Below are positions 27,096 to 38,840 of a stretch of 64,000 nt of DNA, piece by piece. A program made the position numbers and the translations under genes. The notes beneath the pieces were generated by a model that was not told the origin of the DNA, made no database searches, and saw nothing but the letters and a program-made list of their open reading frames with translations. Location: assembly GCA_030704615.1 (NCBI GenBank), contig CM060731.1:35650001-35714000 (forward strand). The letters run 5' to 3'. This stretch comes from Takakia lepidozioides. Its lineage: Eukaryota > Plantae > Bryophyta. The stretch's first letter is position 1, and each line of letters opens with the position of its first letter.

Positions 27096-28344
27096 ATTAA
27101 GATGTCGTTGACGACACCTTAATTCACCACCTACACTCCCCCAACAATGCAACAAAAATGACCAGATTACGATAGATGTGGAGTGCTCACTAGGGTGAGG
27201 AAAGAGCACAGATGGTCCCATGTAGGTGACTTGACACCCACGAAAGTGGACTTTCTTGACTCCATCATACGGAGGAAGCTCACGTTGGCCATTTTACGCT
27301 GGAAGTGCGGGCCCACCACCCTGGACACATACAGCCGTGCTTCGTAAGGGCGTTTATTTGCTATGTTGTGTACTGCGCCGATCTACCGCGGTGGATGTGA
27401 TTGCGACCTGTGTCTGCTGTTTCTTGGCAGGTTGCACAGTTAAATCTATAGAACCCCCAGCTGGCCCAGCAGTGTCAGGAGGGTCTGCCACTGCTTCCCC
27501 AGCCGCCCCAGCAGCCGTTGTAGCATCCACTGTCTGTTTCCCCTTCTTTTTCTTCTTGCCATCAGCAGGGGTGGCCGGTTTTGTAGGCTCTTTCTTATTC
27601 AGTAGCGCCAAGGCTCTTTGCTGCAACTCCTCATCTGTCCGGGGGGCCAGTGAATCTGCCTTCTTGTTCTGATTCCTCATGACATTCTCCTCCCAGGGAG
27701 TCGAAGCTCTGGGGCAGTCCACGTACCACCCACAGTCATGGTAATGTGCCCAACCCCAGTCCTTCACAATGCCAGCAGTGTACATTGTGGTTTCATCGTT
27801 TGGGTTTGCCCATCCACGAATGAAGTCTGGATCCTCACTTAGTGTGTTCTCCAGAATAAGAACAAAGTGAAAGTACCTGCAAACAATAAGACCATCCCGT
27901 TTAGATAATTCCTTGAACGCAACAGAAATGGCCATTGAACTGCCATAGATGGCTGCATTTCACTCTGCGGATTAAGGTGTCGTCAAAGACACCTTAATCC
28001 AGGTACTAAGAGGCACGACTCCATAACTGATGTTGCCAATTTTCCAAACAATCAGACCATGTAAGATCCACCTTCATGGCAAACTCATCCCAAGAGGGCA
28101 TGGATTTAAGGTATCATCAATGACACCTTAAATTCCATCTCTCAAATAGCACAAAGAAGAGAATGACACAATACAGAACTGCACAAGACTGCATTGCAAT
28201 TGAAAGTAGGGACAGTGCTGCAGAGATAGAGACAACCTTAAATCAAACCCCCTTACAAGATGAAAGTCCCACAAGGTCCACTGTAAGCAGGATATGGGCA
28301 TACCTATAATGCGCAAATTAAGGTGTCGTTGACGACACCTTAAT
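27096..28344. repeat. Four dispersed intronic copies of the type-A 28-bp palindrome
   Basis: ATTAAGGTGTCGT-NN-ACGACACCTTAAT variants at 27096, 27971, 28105 and 28317, all inside predicted introns. Confidence 0.9.
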
Positions 28345-30147
28345 TTCCCCCTCACAGAAAGAGAAATGAGTCAGTGCACACACCTGTACAGCAGACGTTT
28401 CATTGCCTCCTCGCCGTTGTACTGATGATCGAAATCTTTAGATCGAAGAATCCCTCCCTCCTTCTCGAACTCCCGAAAAAATGCATACTTCCAGAGCTCC
28501 CTTCTCCATTTACGAACGTAGGACTCAAACTTGATGCTGGGAGATGTCTTGGTGATTTTGTAGTCTAGTAGTGACTTCTCCAATGTTTCAATGGCCCGCT
28601 TCTCCAGCTGCAAAAAGAACGAGGTTTCAACCATATAAACAGCGAAGTCATTGCGAACAATGTGGAACGTTTGGAAATTCTTACCAGGCTCCAGAAGGTG
28701 GCTTTGTGCAACCCTGTCTCAAATGCACGGTTGCTCACTGGTGTCACCACTCCTGTCTCAAGGTCCCTATGCGGTTTTGGGAAATTATTTGTGTCCCGGA
28801 CGATTGGATCCGAGTTCCAGATTTCGAGCCACCTCACTTTTTGAGCCGGCTCAACCATGGAAATCGACAGACGGTGGATCTTTTCCTATGTCATCTCAGG
28901 CTTGGTGGGCTTGTTCCAGTGTATCTGAATCTGCTCCAGAAACCCCTTTCCTAGCCCAGGGTCAGCAATCCATATGTGCTTGTCAAACGCACTTTTGAGG
29001 TTTTTCCTTGCCGTATCCATCTCATCTTTCATTTTGGTCTCTACCCCATTCGCTATTCTCTCTTCCTCCGGAGTAGTGGCATAATACTCCAGCTTCGCTC
29101 GCTCTCCAGCATCCGCAATTTCTTGCTGTGACACAAAAAGGGGGCGTATTACTACATGTCAGGCCATGTAGGGACAACTTCAAACCAAAAATGAAAGATA
29201 ACTCAAGACAGACAAGAAAATAGTCTTACCGCGTACAAGTACTCGAGGAAAGCTTCCCTCGTTAGATTGTACCAAGTTTCACACTTCTTGATTGTCTGGC
29301 ATTTCTTCAGTGTCTCCGCAGACAAGACGCTGGAGAATGTTTCCAAAGGCATGAATCCTATGCTTTGCATCCGAAACAGTGTATGCACTATGTTCGTGGT
29401 GACGTGTGACGTCTCGGTGCCCTTGCATTGAAAGCAAATGAGTACAAGAAATGAAGCGAGGGACAAAAATGTAGTTCACAAAGAGGAAACAAAACAAAAC
29501 TTACTTGTTGACATCGTGAATGGCAGTCAGAAGTTGGGTTATTTTGCCTTGTGGATCCAAAACCATTGACAGAACTCGGTGGTGCCAGTCTTTGTTGTCG
29601 GCATACATTCTTGTGATATATTCCATCCAGGCAACCAAACGGTGATTACCATCCCATACGAAGAACATCTTCCCCATGTACTGCGTGTGAGATGGGTTCT
29701 GGGAAAGCTCTTCCTCAAACTCCGAATTCACCTCATTCCAAAGCGGGTCCCAACTGGCCATAATCTCTTCGTCAACCAGTTTTTCTGATCCCTGGATGTT
29801 TGTTACTGAAACGTAAAAAACTGCGGAGCCCTTCAAGTACCCGTGGATGAAATCACCCTGTAGCTTCTTGATATCATGATGCAGGGCTGGACGAACGGCA
29901 GGCATGGAAATCATCCTGCATAGGGGAATCATAAGAGTGTCGTCCCGAACTTCCATGGAATTTATGACCTTCCTGGAGTTTACCTTGGAGGTATACATCA
30001 GTGAATGAACTTTATCTTCGTAATTGTCATATAGGTCTTCATCTTGAGTATCAGGAATAGATGTCTCATGTGCAGGCTGGCTTTCCCCCGCCTTCTTCCT
30101 TTTTTTCTGCATTCATTTGTGTTTTCCCACAACAGATTCAGACCACT

Positions 30148-31986
30148 ACTAAGGTGTCGTCAGCGTTGCCTTATTATGACTCTTCCTCCCTGATTCTAAA
30201 CACGCCCACCTATTGAAAAGTACACTTCATATGATTCAAAGTATACACCACATTCGAAATAATATCATAGATCAAGCTGTCGTCTGTAGTCACACTCTAG
30301 ACCCATGACGCTGTTCCTCTCCGAATGAAAGTAAGCAAACTGTATTTGACAGGGCAGAATAAGGTGTCATCAACGATGCCTTAATCTGCCTCCTTATTTC
30401 TGTTTAAACCACTCATTGAATGTGACTACGCTCCACACCCCATCCTTTTCCTCTATGAATCGAAGTCCGGATTTTAAACTCCAAATTAAGGTATCGTCAA
30501 CGATGCCTTAATTCGCATCTTCATTTATGTTCAAGACATCCCTCAAAGTGCAGACTACCCACCATTAATCTTGTCTCTGAACTGCTCCAAAGTATGCCTG
30601 AAAAGTTTTTTTGACAGGCCAGATTAAGGTGTCATCAACGATACCTTAATCTGCCTCCTTGTTTACATTTAAGACAGCCCTTCTATGAGCCCATTTCCCA
30701 CCCCTGATCGTGTTCCTCTCTGATTCATAGTATCCCTAGAAACAGATTTTACACTCCAAGTTAAGGTATCGTCAACGATACCTTAATTTACATCTTCATT
30801 AATGTTCTAGACATCCCTTTAAGTGCAGACTACCCACCACTAATCCTGTTCAGATCTGCTTCAAAGTATGCCTGGAAAGTGTGTTTGACAGGCCAGATTA
30901 AGGTGTCGTCAACGATGCCTTAATCTGTCTCCTTTTTTAAACCCTAAACAGCCCTTCAATGAACATATTCTCAACCCCTGATCGTGTTCCTCTCTACTTC
31001 ATAGTATCCCTAGAAACAGATTTGAAACTCCAAATTAAGGTATCGTCAATGATGCCTTAATTTGCATCTTCATTTATGTTCAACACTTCCCTCAAAGTGC
31101 AGACTACACACCACTAATCCTGACTCTGAACTGCTTCAAAGTATGCCTGAAAAGTGTGTTTGACAATTCAGATTAAGGTGTCGTCAACAATGCCTTAATC
31201 TGCCTCCTTATATCTGTTCAAAACAGCCACTGAATTTTCATACTCTCGACCCTGGATCATGTTCATCTCTTCTTGAAAGTCCAATCAAAACTAGGTTTTC
31301 ACTCCAGATTAAGGCATCGTCAACGATGCCTTAATACCACTCATATTTTTGGTTTCCAACGTTTCCTCCCTAGGCAGACTATCCAGCCCTAATACTTTTC
31401 ATCACTGCCTCAAACTATGCCTCTACGTACATTTTACAGGCCAGATTAAGGCATCGTCAACGATGCCTTAATCGTCCTCCATATTTCAGAAGAAAACAGC
31501 CACTGAATGTGTATATTGTCCACTCCTGATCCAGTTCCTCTCTGCATCAAAGTATTCGCTAAACGGATTCCCACTCCCAGATTAAGGTGTCGTCAACGAT
31601 GCCTTAATTCCTCTCCTCATTTCTGTTTCAGCTGTCCCCTTACTGTGCAGACTACCCACCACACAAACCCTCAAACCGGGAATGACAGACTATATTAAAG
31701 TGTCGTCAACGATGCCTTAATCTGCATGTTTCATTCTACTTCAGAAACCCTCACCAGCGTGTATGCCTAACAGTAAGCCTGTTCGTCTCTGTTTTGAAGA
31801 AACCCTGGGAATAGCAGACCAGATTAAGGTATCGTCAACGATGCCTTAATCTGCATTCTTCATTCTGCTTCAGAGTCCACTCATGAAGCGGAAACTTGTG
31901 CTTTAATCGTGTTCCTCTATGTTTGAAAGAAACCCTCAATATGTGAATGGCTGACCAGATTAAGGTATCGTCAACGATGCCTTAAT
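30148..31986. repeat. Intronic array of type-A 28-bp palindromes, ~137-bp period, ~274-bp dimeric higher-order unit
   Basis: Copies start at 30148, 30358, 30485, 30623, 30760, 30897, 31034, 31172, 31308, 31445, 31581, 31694, 31823 and 31959; two more degenerate copies at 32435 and 32528. Confidence 0.95.
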
Positions 31987-33646
31987 CAGCCTCCTCCAGT
32001 TCTTATGAACGTCTCTGAAATACCAACCAGCCTTGTCTTCTATGCTTCAAAAAACCATGGCAGGCTTCGAACTTATGGACCTCTTTTCTGATTCACAGGA
32101 ACCCTCACAGATGGGAATGGGCAACCTAGAACGTACCTTAGCAGGCTTTGGACGGCCACTGGAAGACCCCTTCTCCGCAGGTCGCATTGTTCCTTGCACT
32201 TGTGTCTTCCCCTTCACTCGTGCTTGTGTGTCCACTGGCTGCTCCACTATAGCCACAGCCCGCTCCGGAGAGTGAACCCTTGGCACCTCCTCCTCATTCA
32301 CCACGTTGACGACCAATTCAGAGTTCTGGTCTGCTGCGTTCTTCTCGGCTGGTAACTCACGAAGACTCTCCCAGGCTTTCTTACGTTTCCTCTGAAAAAC
32401 ATCACCCATTGTTTGATCGACAAATCAGGCCCATTTTAAGCTTGTGTTGGCGACACCTTAATTTGGCATTGCATTGGAGCATGTTGGAAACAGAGAGGAG
32501 GGTAAGGCAGTGAAGATGCGCTTGTAGATTAAGCTGTTGTCAATGACATCTTAAAATGCAGGGCATACTCCGCTGGCTCTACCAGTTTTCAACTCTAACA
32601 ATGCAAAAACAAACTGAACTATGCATCGCAATGGTGGTGCTACCTGAATGAGACTCTATTCAGCGTTGTCCGTCTCCAAATCCACTGCTCGTATGCTGCC
32701 TCCCACTTGTGCCTTGTCCTTCAACGCCCGCAAAGACAGCGCTGTGTTGGATAGGCGCTCTCGGGTATGCACGGCCACCTACTTCGTAACGACCTCCTGA
32801 ACAGGAGTAACATCACTACTGGGCATGCCTTCCTCCTCTCTTATAGGTGGCATTCTTTCCATCCCAGCCTCACGCAAAAGGGGAAGTTCCAAAAGCTCCT
32901 CCAGCTGCTTGTCCACAGACGGCTCCGCGACTCCCCTATTATGTGACCCTTCGCCAGCAGATCCCTCCCCTTCACGCTCGCTCTCCCCCTCGGTAAGATC
33001 AAGCGCCCTCCGAGTCTTCCTCATCCTCTCTCTCGCTTTCAACCTCTGCCTCGCCGACGTGTAGTAAAGAGACTTCCTACGCGACCTCTTCTTTGCAGAA
33101 ACAATGACGTTCTTGGGAGGCTCCAGTGTGAATAGATCGAAATGACACTTACGGGACACTCATCTTCCAACACTCCATTAGGGTCCAGGAAACGGATGAA
33201 TGGACGGCAGTTGGGGTTTCATCTCCGAAATCATCCATTTGGGATTTTCCCATAAAACAGAAACGGCTCTTAATTGACTGGTTGGAATTGTGGTTGGGGG
33301 GGTTGTCTGGTGTGCAACTTGGTGATGGCCAACTGGCATGGACCATCATTGCCGGTCTGGGCCCTGTTAGTGGAACCTCTGTATGGAGACCACGTACCCG
33401 TGGGTGTCAGTTGGTGTTCGACCTACATAGGGGTCGTTGTGGAATGGGCTGCGTATTTGTCCGTGGCAAATATGTCATTGTCAGAAAATTGAACGCACCC
33501 TCGTAATTCTTAATACTGCTTAGCTGTTTCTATGGCATGATTACCATGATAATGATGGAAAGGAGAAAGTACACTGTACGAAGAGAGATAGTATGGACAC
33601 AGAAGAGCCGTCGCCCCACATTGTCCAGTGTGCTTCACCCTAGTCC

Positions 33647-35425
33647 ATGCACGCAATGTCTCCCACCTCAGACGTGGTAATACTGTACTCCCCTCTGCAA
33701 GCCGAGTACCTGAGCGCCGTGGCCGACGACAATGGACTGGCCGTTGTTGAGGAGGATTTGATTTGCATAACATTCCGCTTTGAGCCAGGGACCGTCCATG
33801 TGGTTAGAGAGGTGTACGATAGTAGTGGAAAGGTTGAGGGAACACAGGTTGAAAAGCCGGAAAATCGGGATAGTAAAAAAGAGTGGAGAGTTCCACCCGC
33901 CAAGTACCGCGTTCATGGAGATCAGAGACGCCTTTCATCGAACACTATACTCATGCCCAGAACAGCAGCTTCGGTGGCGCAGGCGCCAAAATCAGTCCCC
34001 ATCAAGACAGAAGAAACTACCTCCACGATATTTGTCGACCTCTCGGACAGTTCAGAAGACGAAGTCACATAGGTCCTTCTTCCTACGAACCCTCCTATAC
34101 TGCTAGACCCCGATGTCCAGGAGATCATTAGTGTCATTCCCAAGTTGCAGTCGTTGAGAGGGTTGCCAAGATGTAAGAGCGATGTGAGAGGCATTGTTTG
34201 GGAAACACAGCGGATCCAAAGAGCGAAATTTCTACTCGCTGATTTTGATGGAGACATCATTTTTGAACTGCCACCTCCGACATCATGTGGAGGTTTGGCT
34301 GGACTCATGGCGGGTATGGACAAGAAACACGATGGACACCCATGGTGTCGGACTAAAACTTCAAATATCTATAATCCGCATGGCTTGAAGTTTCGGAGAT
34401 CCATTTGCGCTGGGCACTTGCGTTGTGCAAATTTGGATTGCCAGCATTTCCAAATGGCCGGTGTGGAAAACGAGACGGAGTGGGAGGGAGTCTGCGACAA
34501 CCCATTTCAAGTAGGGTGTGCTCCTCAGTTCCATCGTTTGCAAGTTTTGTAAAGTCGTGCCACAATGCATGGCGGAATGCAATGCACGGATGTACTACGT
34601 GTTGCACCATATCAACCACCTCACAAGGGCTTGTATACATTTGGGCACCCATGCACATCCGGTGTCGCGAGGAGATTGCAGGGAGAGTGTTGACACAGTG
34701 CGTTGTTTTAGCAAGAATTTCAAAATGCTCCCACTGCAACACTATCAGCCATTGGCTTCTCCAAATGCTCGTTATCAAATCAACGTCCTTAGGACTGGGG
34801 CAGGCAACAAAGGATACGTAGATAACATCCTACAATTGAAGCGCAGAAGTCGATACGACTTCATCCAGGACAGTGTTTTCCCAAGACAGGGGTCCCAAAA
34901 AGTATACTTGTTCAAGATGTCCACAGTTGCGGAGGGTTCTGGAGTTAGCCTGGTGCGTAGAATGCAGGCCGGGGGTGATCTTCATTAGTCTTGGGTAATG
35001 TTTGATCACGAGGAGCAAGTGAAGGATTGGACGACCATGGCCTGTCATGTGTATGATCCTACATACCAGCGAGTTATGACTATTGCTATTTGTGACATGC
35101 AGTCGGAGGACACAGAGTCCCAAATTCTTATGTGGAAGGCTCTAGTTAACGTCATGAGAGCTCATGATTTGCCAATGCAAATTTCACAGGGTTCATGGCA
35201 GACAGTGCACAAGCTAATTGGAATGTTGTGCGGACTATGTTTGGCTCTGGTGACCCGAAAATACCAATGCAAGGCCAGGAACGCACTTGCCTCTTTCATT
35301 GGACCCAGTCCCTTTGACGGCACACAAAAAATTCCATAAAATTGGAGTTGCGAGAGGAGCATCTGTGACTATGCCGTCTATACAAAGATGCCACCACAGA
35401 AAGGGAAGCAAATGCCTAATTATTA
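33647..35425 (+). pseudogene. Mutator-like transposase, 5' half (GCM/WRKY-type Zn finger and DDE core)
   Basis: DGHPW...CAGHLRC..C...CKFC...C...HLGTHAHP (34331-34662); WVMFD, IAICDMQSED, GFMADSAQANW, CLFHW (CxxH); in-frame TAG at 34070 and 34986; frameshifts near 34525 and 35170. Confidence 0.8.
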
Positions 35426-35542
35426 CTTAAATGAAGCAAAATCACAGGATGGAAATCAAAAAATCGAGTAAGGAACCCTCCAGGAAAACTCAATGCACAT
35501 TCATAACGAACATATCACTGAGGACCTCACAACATCACTGTA

Positions 35543-36001
35543 TGTGAATGGCGTCAACGCCATTCACAAAAATACCAAAAAGAAACCAATTACTTAGCTC
35601 CCAATCCATGTAAATTCAATTTGTCGCTGTTGAATAATACAGACACAGCAGTGAATGTCGTCAACGACATTCACTTTGGATTTCTCATAACAGAGCTTAT
35701 CAAGCCTCCAGATTCCTCGCAAGAGGCAAAAACAATGCAGAACAACTGAATGTCTGCATTGACATTCAGCAAAATGAAGTGAGGAACCCTCACTGTAACC
35801 TCTATGGACATTACAAAAATTTACATAACTCTGAGGACCTCTCAACAACTCCGTATGTGAATGTCGTCAACGCCATTCAAGGACATTATCAATTCTAATC
35901 AGGGACACTATAATTGCACCCTTAGATCCTAACCAGGTGAATTCATATACTCGCTTAAGAATGACTCAGACAAAGAAGTGAATGTCGTCAACGACATTCA
36001 A
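35543..36001. repeat. Type-B palindrome cluster (GTGAATGTCGT-CA-ACGACATTCAC)
   Basis: Copies at 35544, 35651, 35746, 35857 and 35978. Confidence 0.9.
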
Positions 36002-36080
36002 TCTGGATCTAAGATTGCAATCCATATGAAGCCACATTTTTTCCCAAAAAAACAGTAGAGTTTCAAGTATGACATTGCAC

Positions 36081-38840
36081 CTGTACACAACTCGCATCAT
36101 GGCCCACTCTCCTCCAACCTGACTGTCAAAGTCGTTGGACCGTAAAATGTGACCATCTTTGGAGAACTCCCGGAAAAAATAGTATCTCCAGGTGAGACCT
36201 CTCCACTTCCTTATGTATGCCTCCAATGATATTTGGGGAGGGGAAACAATCGAAATGTTCAGGTCCTTCAAAGTTTGATCCAGCACAATGACGGCGCGCT
36301 TTTCGAGCTACAAATAGTATATTTGTCAGAATTGCAAATAAGATACTCATCACATACTTGAAGAGAAGAAAACAACATGTTTGAATACACACCTGACTCC
36401 AGAATGTAGCCTTGTGGAGCCAGTTATCAAACACCAAATCACTGATTCCTTCCACCTTTGTGCCAGGCTGTATGGTGCTCTTTGGGAACTGATTCAAGTC
36501 CTTTACTGTTTGATCTGAGTTCCATATCTCCAGCCACCTTATTTTTGTTTGTGGGTCGACCATCGATATGGCCAGCCGGTGCAATTTCTCCTGCTGCATC
36601 TCCGGATGCACATGCTTGTCATAGTGTGTTTTGATCTGCTGAAGGAACTCAGGACCAAGTCCAGGATCTACTATTCTAAGCTGCCTTCCGAAGGCGGACA
36701 TCAATTTGGTTCTTCGCATTTCAAACTCCTTCTTTATTGCAGCTTCCACACCCTTTGATGTCCTTAGTTCTTCTGGTGTAGTGCGGTAATATTCGGATTT
36801 TCCCTTCTCAGCTGCCTCTGCCAGTTCTTGCTGCATTGATTCAAGTAGTGATTAGCTCCAAAGGGACTACAAACATGTATTCGAAAAGTAAACAGAGTAC
36901 AGACTCGGGCTTACCGCATACATGTACTCCAGAAACGCCTCTCGTGTCAAAGAATACCAAGTGCCTGCAGCTCTTCCTGTTTCGCACTTCTTGATGATAT
37001 TGGGTGGTAGTACTGTCCGAAAATCATCCAGCTTCATCAGACCAATCCTCTGAATTCGGAATAGTGTGTGAACCAAACTTGTTGTCACATGCGATTTCTC
37101 TGTCGATCTGCAAAAACATTGGAAACATTGCATTCCTTAACACTATTTTTTGAGGATTAATAAGACACTACAGAGGGAATGAAATCTCCTGGATGACTTA
37201 CTTGTTCACGTCGTGCATAGCTGTAAGAAGCCTAGCGATGTCGTTTCCAGGATCCAAAACCATTGCCTCCACAGCAACATGCTTGTCTTTGTCTTTCGCA
37301 TGGTGTTTCTGAATGTATCCCATCCATGCCAGCAATCGGTGGTTGTCGTCCCAGACGTAGAACAAGTGGTTGCAGAATTGCTGGGTGTTCTTTCCCATCA
37401 TGAGGCCCAGCTCGAACTCCTCATTGGCATCTTTCCAGCACTCATCCCAGTTATCACTGATCTCTGGAGACACTAATGTGCTTTTCCCATTTATATCCGT
37501 CAGTGACACATAAAAAACTTGTGCACCAAGTCTATATCCATGCACAAAATCACTCTCCAATTTTGTTATGTCATGGGAAAGAGGTGGACGCACAACAGGC
37601 ATTGATATCATCCGGCACAGAGGTATGTCCAGACGCCCTCCAGATACGAGCATGTCCCTTATAACCTCCTGAGAGTTTACCTTCTGGAATGACATGAGTT
37701 CTTTCACCTTGTCAAGGTAGTGCACTTCAGATTCATCTGCTTCATCTGTATTCTCTGAGCTTTTTGCGGACTCGTCCCCATCTCCAGATCCTTTCCCCTC
37801 TGATCCTGTAGGCTTCGACCTCACAGTTTTCTGCACGATGCCATTCAGTTCTGACTGAGTGATTTGCAAATAGTGAATGGCGGTAACGACCATCACTCTG
37901 TCTCAAGGAAACTCACCATGAATGGTGTGAAAGAATTCAGCACAATCTACACAAGCAAAGCTGATACTGCCGTATTCAAAACAAAAGCGAGAGCGATAGC
38001 GAACGGCGTTAACGACAATCACAAAAGATAACGACCTGCCGGATCGGTGTTGTGTAATGACATATATGTGCAACTGATTGGCGGCAACGACATTCAGTGT
38101 AGTTTAGGGCGGACAGTAAGTGCAGACTCTCTCTTCAAACACATAGGTACATAAATCTCATGAGGAGAATCGAATGGCGTTAACGACGCTCGCAATTCAG
38201 TAGTTCCTGCTAAAGAAGGGAAGAGGAAGGACTCCTTGAAAGGCAATCAGACAGACTGTATGATCTGAACACCAGTGAATGACTGTACCGATAGTCACCA
38301 ACTCATTGTGCGGTAAACCCTTCGCAGAGGAGTAGAAAGCAAATCACCTTTGTGATGGTCGGTAGCGACAATCCCTGTCTGGGACATTCCACTCAATCTC
38401 TACGCATATCTTCAATAATGAAATGTAAGTTAGATAAAACTTACTGGCACCTTCTTAGGTTTTGAAATTTGATCCCCTTCTGCAGTTTTCCTCTTCCCTC
38501 TCACATCTGCTGGAATTTCTGTCTGCGCTAGGGTTTCTGGACCTTCTCCCGGTTCGGCGTTTCGCGTGCTTCCACCTCCTTCAGTGTCCCTGCGAATCAT
38601 CTCTGCCTCCACAGGCTGGCGCACTCTTATCGCCGACTGTGTCACAGCCGCTGCCTCAGTCTCCGTCTGCTCTTGTGAATCAGTCTCCGCGTTCACCTGC
38701 TGCCTTGGCCCTGTGTTCTCCAACAAACGACGCCTCGTCATTTTCTCTCTTGCTCTGCGTCTCTCTCTAAGGGAAGTAAAATAAAGAGACTTTCTTCTCT
38801 TTCGTATTCTAGAAGGAACCCTCTCCAGCTTGACTACCAC
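36081..38840 (-). pseudogene. Paralogous ParB-MTase gene of element B, 5' part
   Basis: Exon-by-exon similarity to A: RRKSLYFTS, IPLCRMISMPVVRP, VWDDNHRLLAW, LTAMHDVNK|gtaag, LTREAFLEYMYA|gtaag, RWLEIWNSD, YIRKWR. Confidence 0.8.
37873..38375. repeat. Degenerate type-B palindrome cluster in the intron preceding the ParB exon
   Basis: Copies at about 37873, 37999, 38074, 38170, 38275 and 38352, e.g. ctgattggcggcaacgacattcag. Confidence 0.7.

Larger units (their letters stand above)
26037..33159 (-). pseudogene. ParB/Srx-domain + beta-class amino-DNA-methyltransferase fusion gene (element A), multi-exon, decayed
   Basis: ParB-like exon 30106-29505 has FFVWDGNHRLVAW. MTase exons have DLVILDIPDG (motif IV position, 26934-26948), FLSDAGSLLIF, WRGAREKSPAFMQTLIE, KVVDLSMGTG|ASFHACKYAGRHFFRMEGD (motifs X, I, II). 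In-frame stops at 32779, 32047, 28886, 27354 and 26437; frameshift near 26335. Confidence 0.75.
25207..35425. mobile_element. Mutator-like DNA transposon A, left part (ParB-MTase gene and 5' transposase)
   Basis: Terminus GGGGATTGCTAAACCGTGAGCAGA at 25207, preceded by TAGAAAACT (25198-25206); GTGAGCAG and GGATGAA subterminal clusters; encodes a transposase. Confidence 0.8.

Noticed and set aside
30358-31986. CRISPR array (palindromic 28-bp repeats at regular spacing)
   Set aside because: Spacers are ~109 bp and homologous to each other in alternation, there are no cas genes, and the array lies in a eukaryotic intron.
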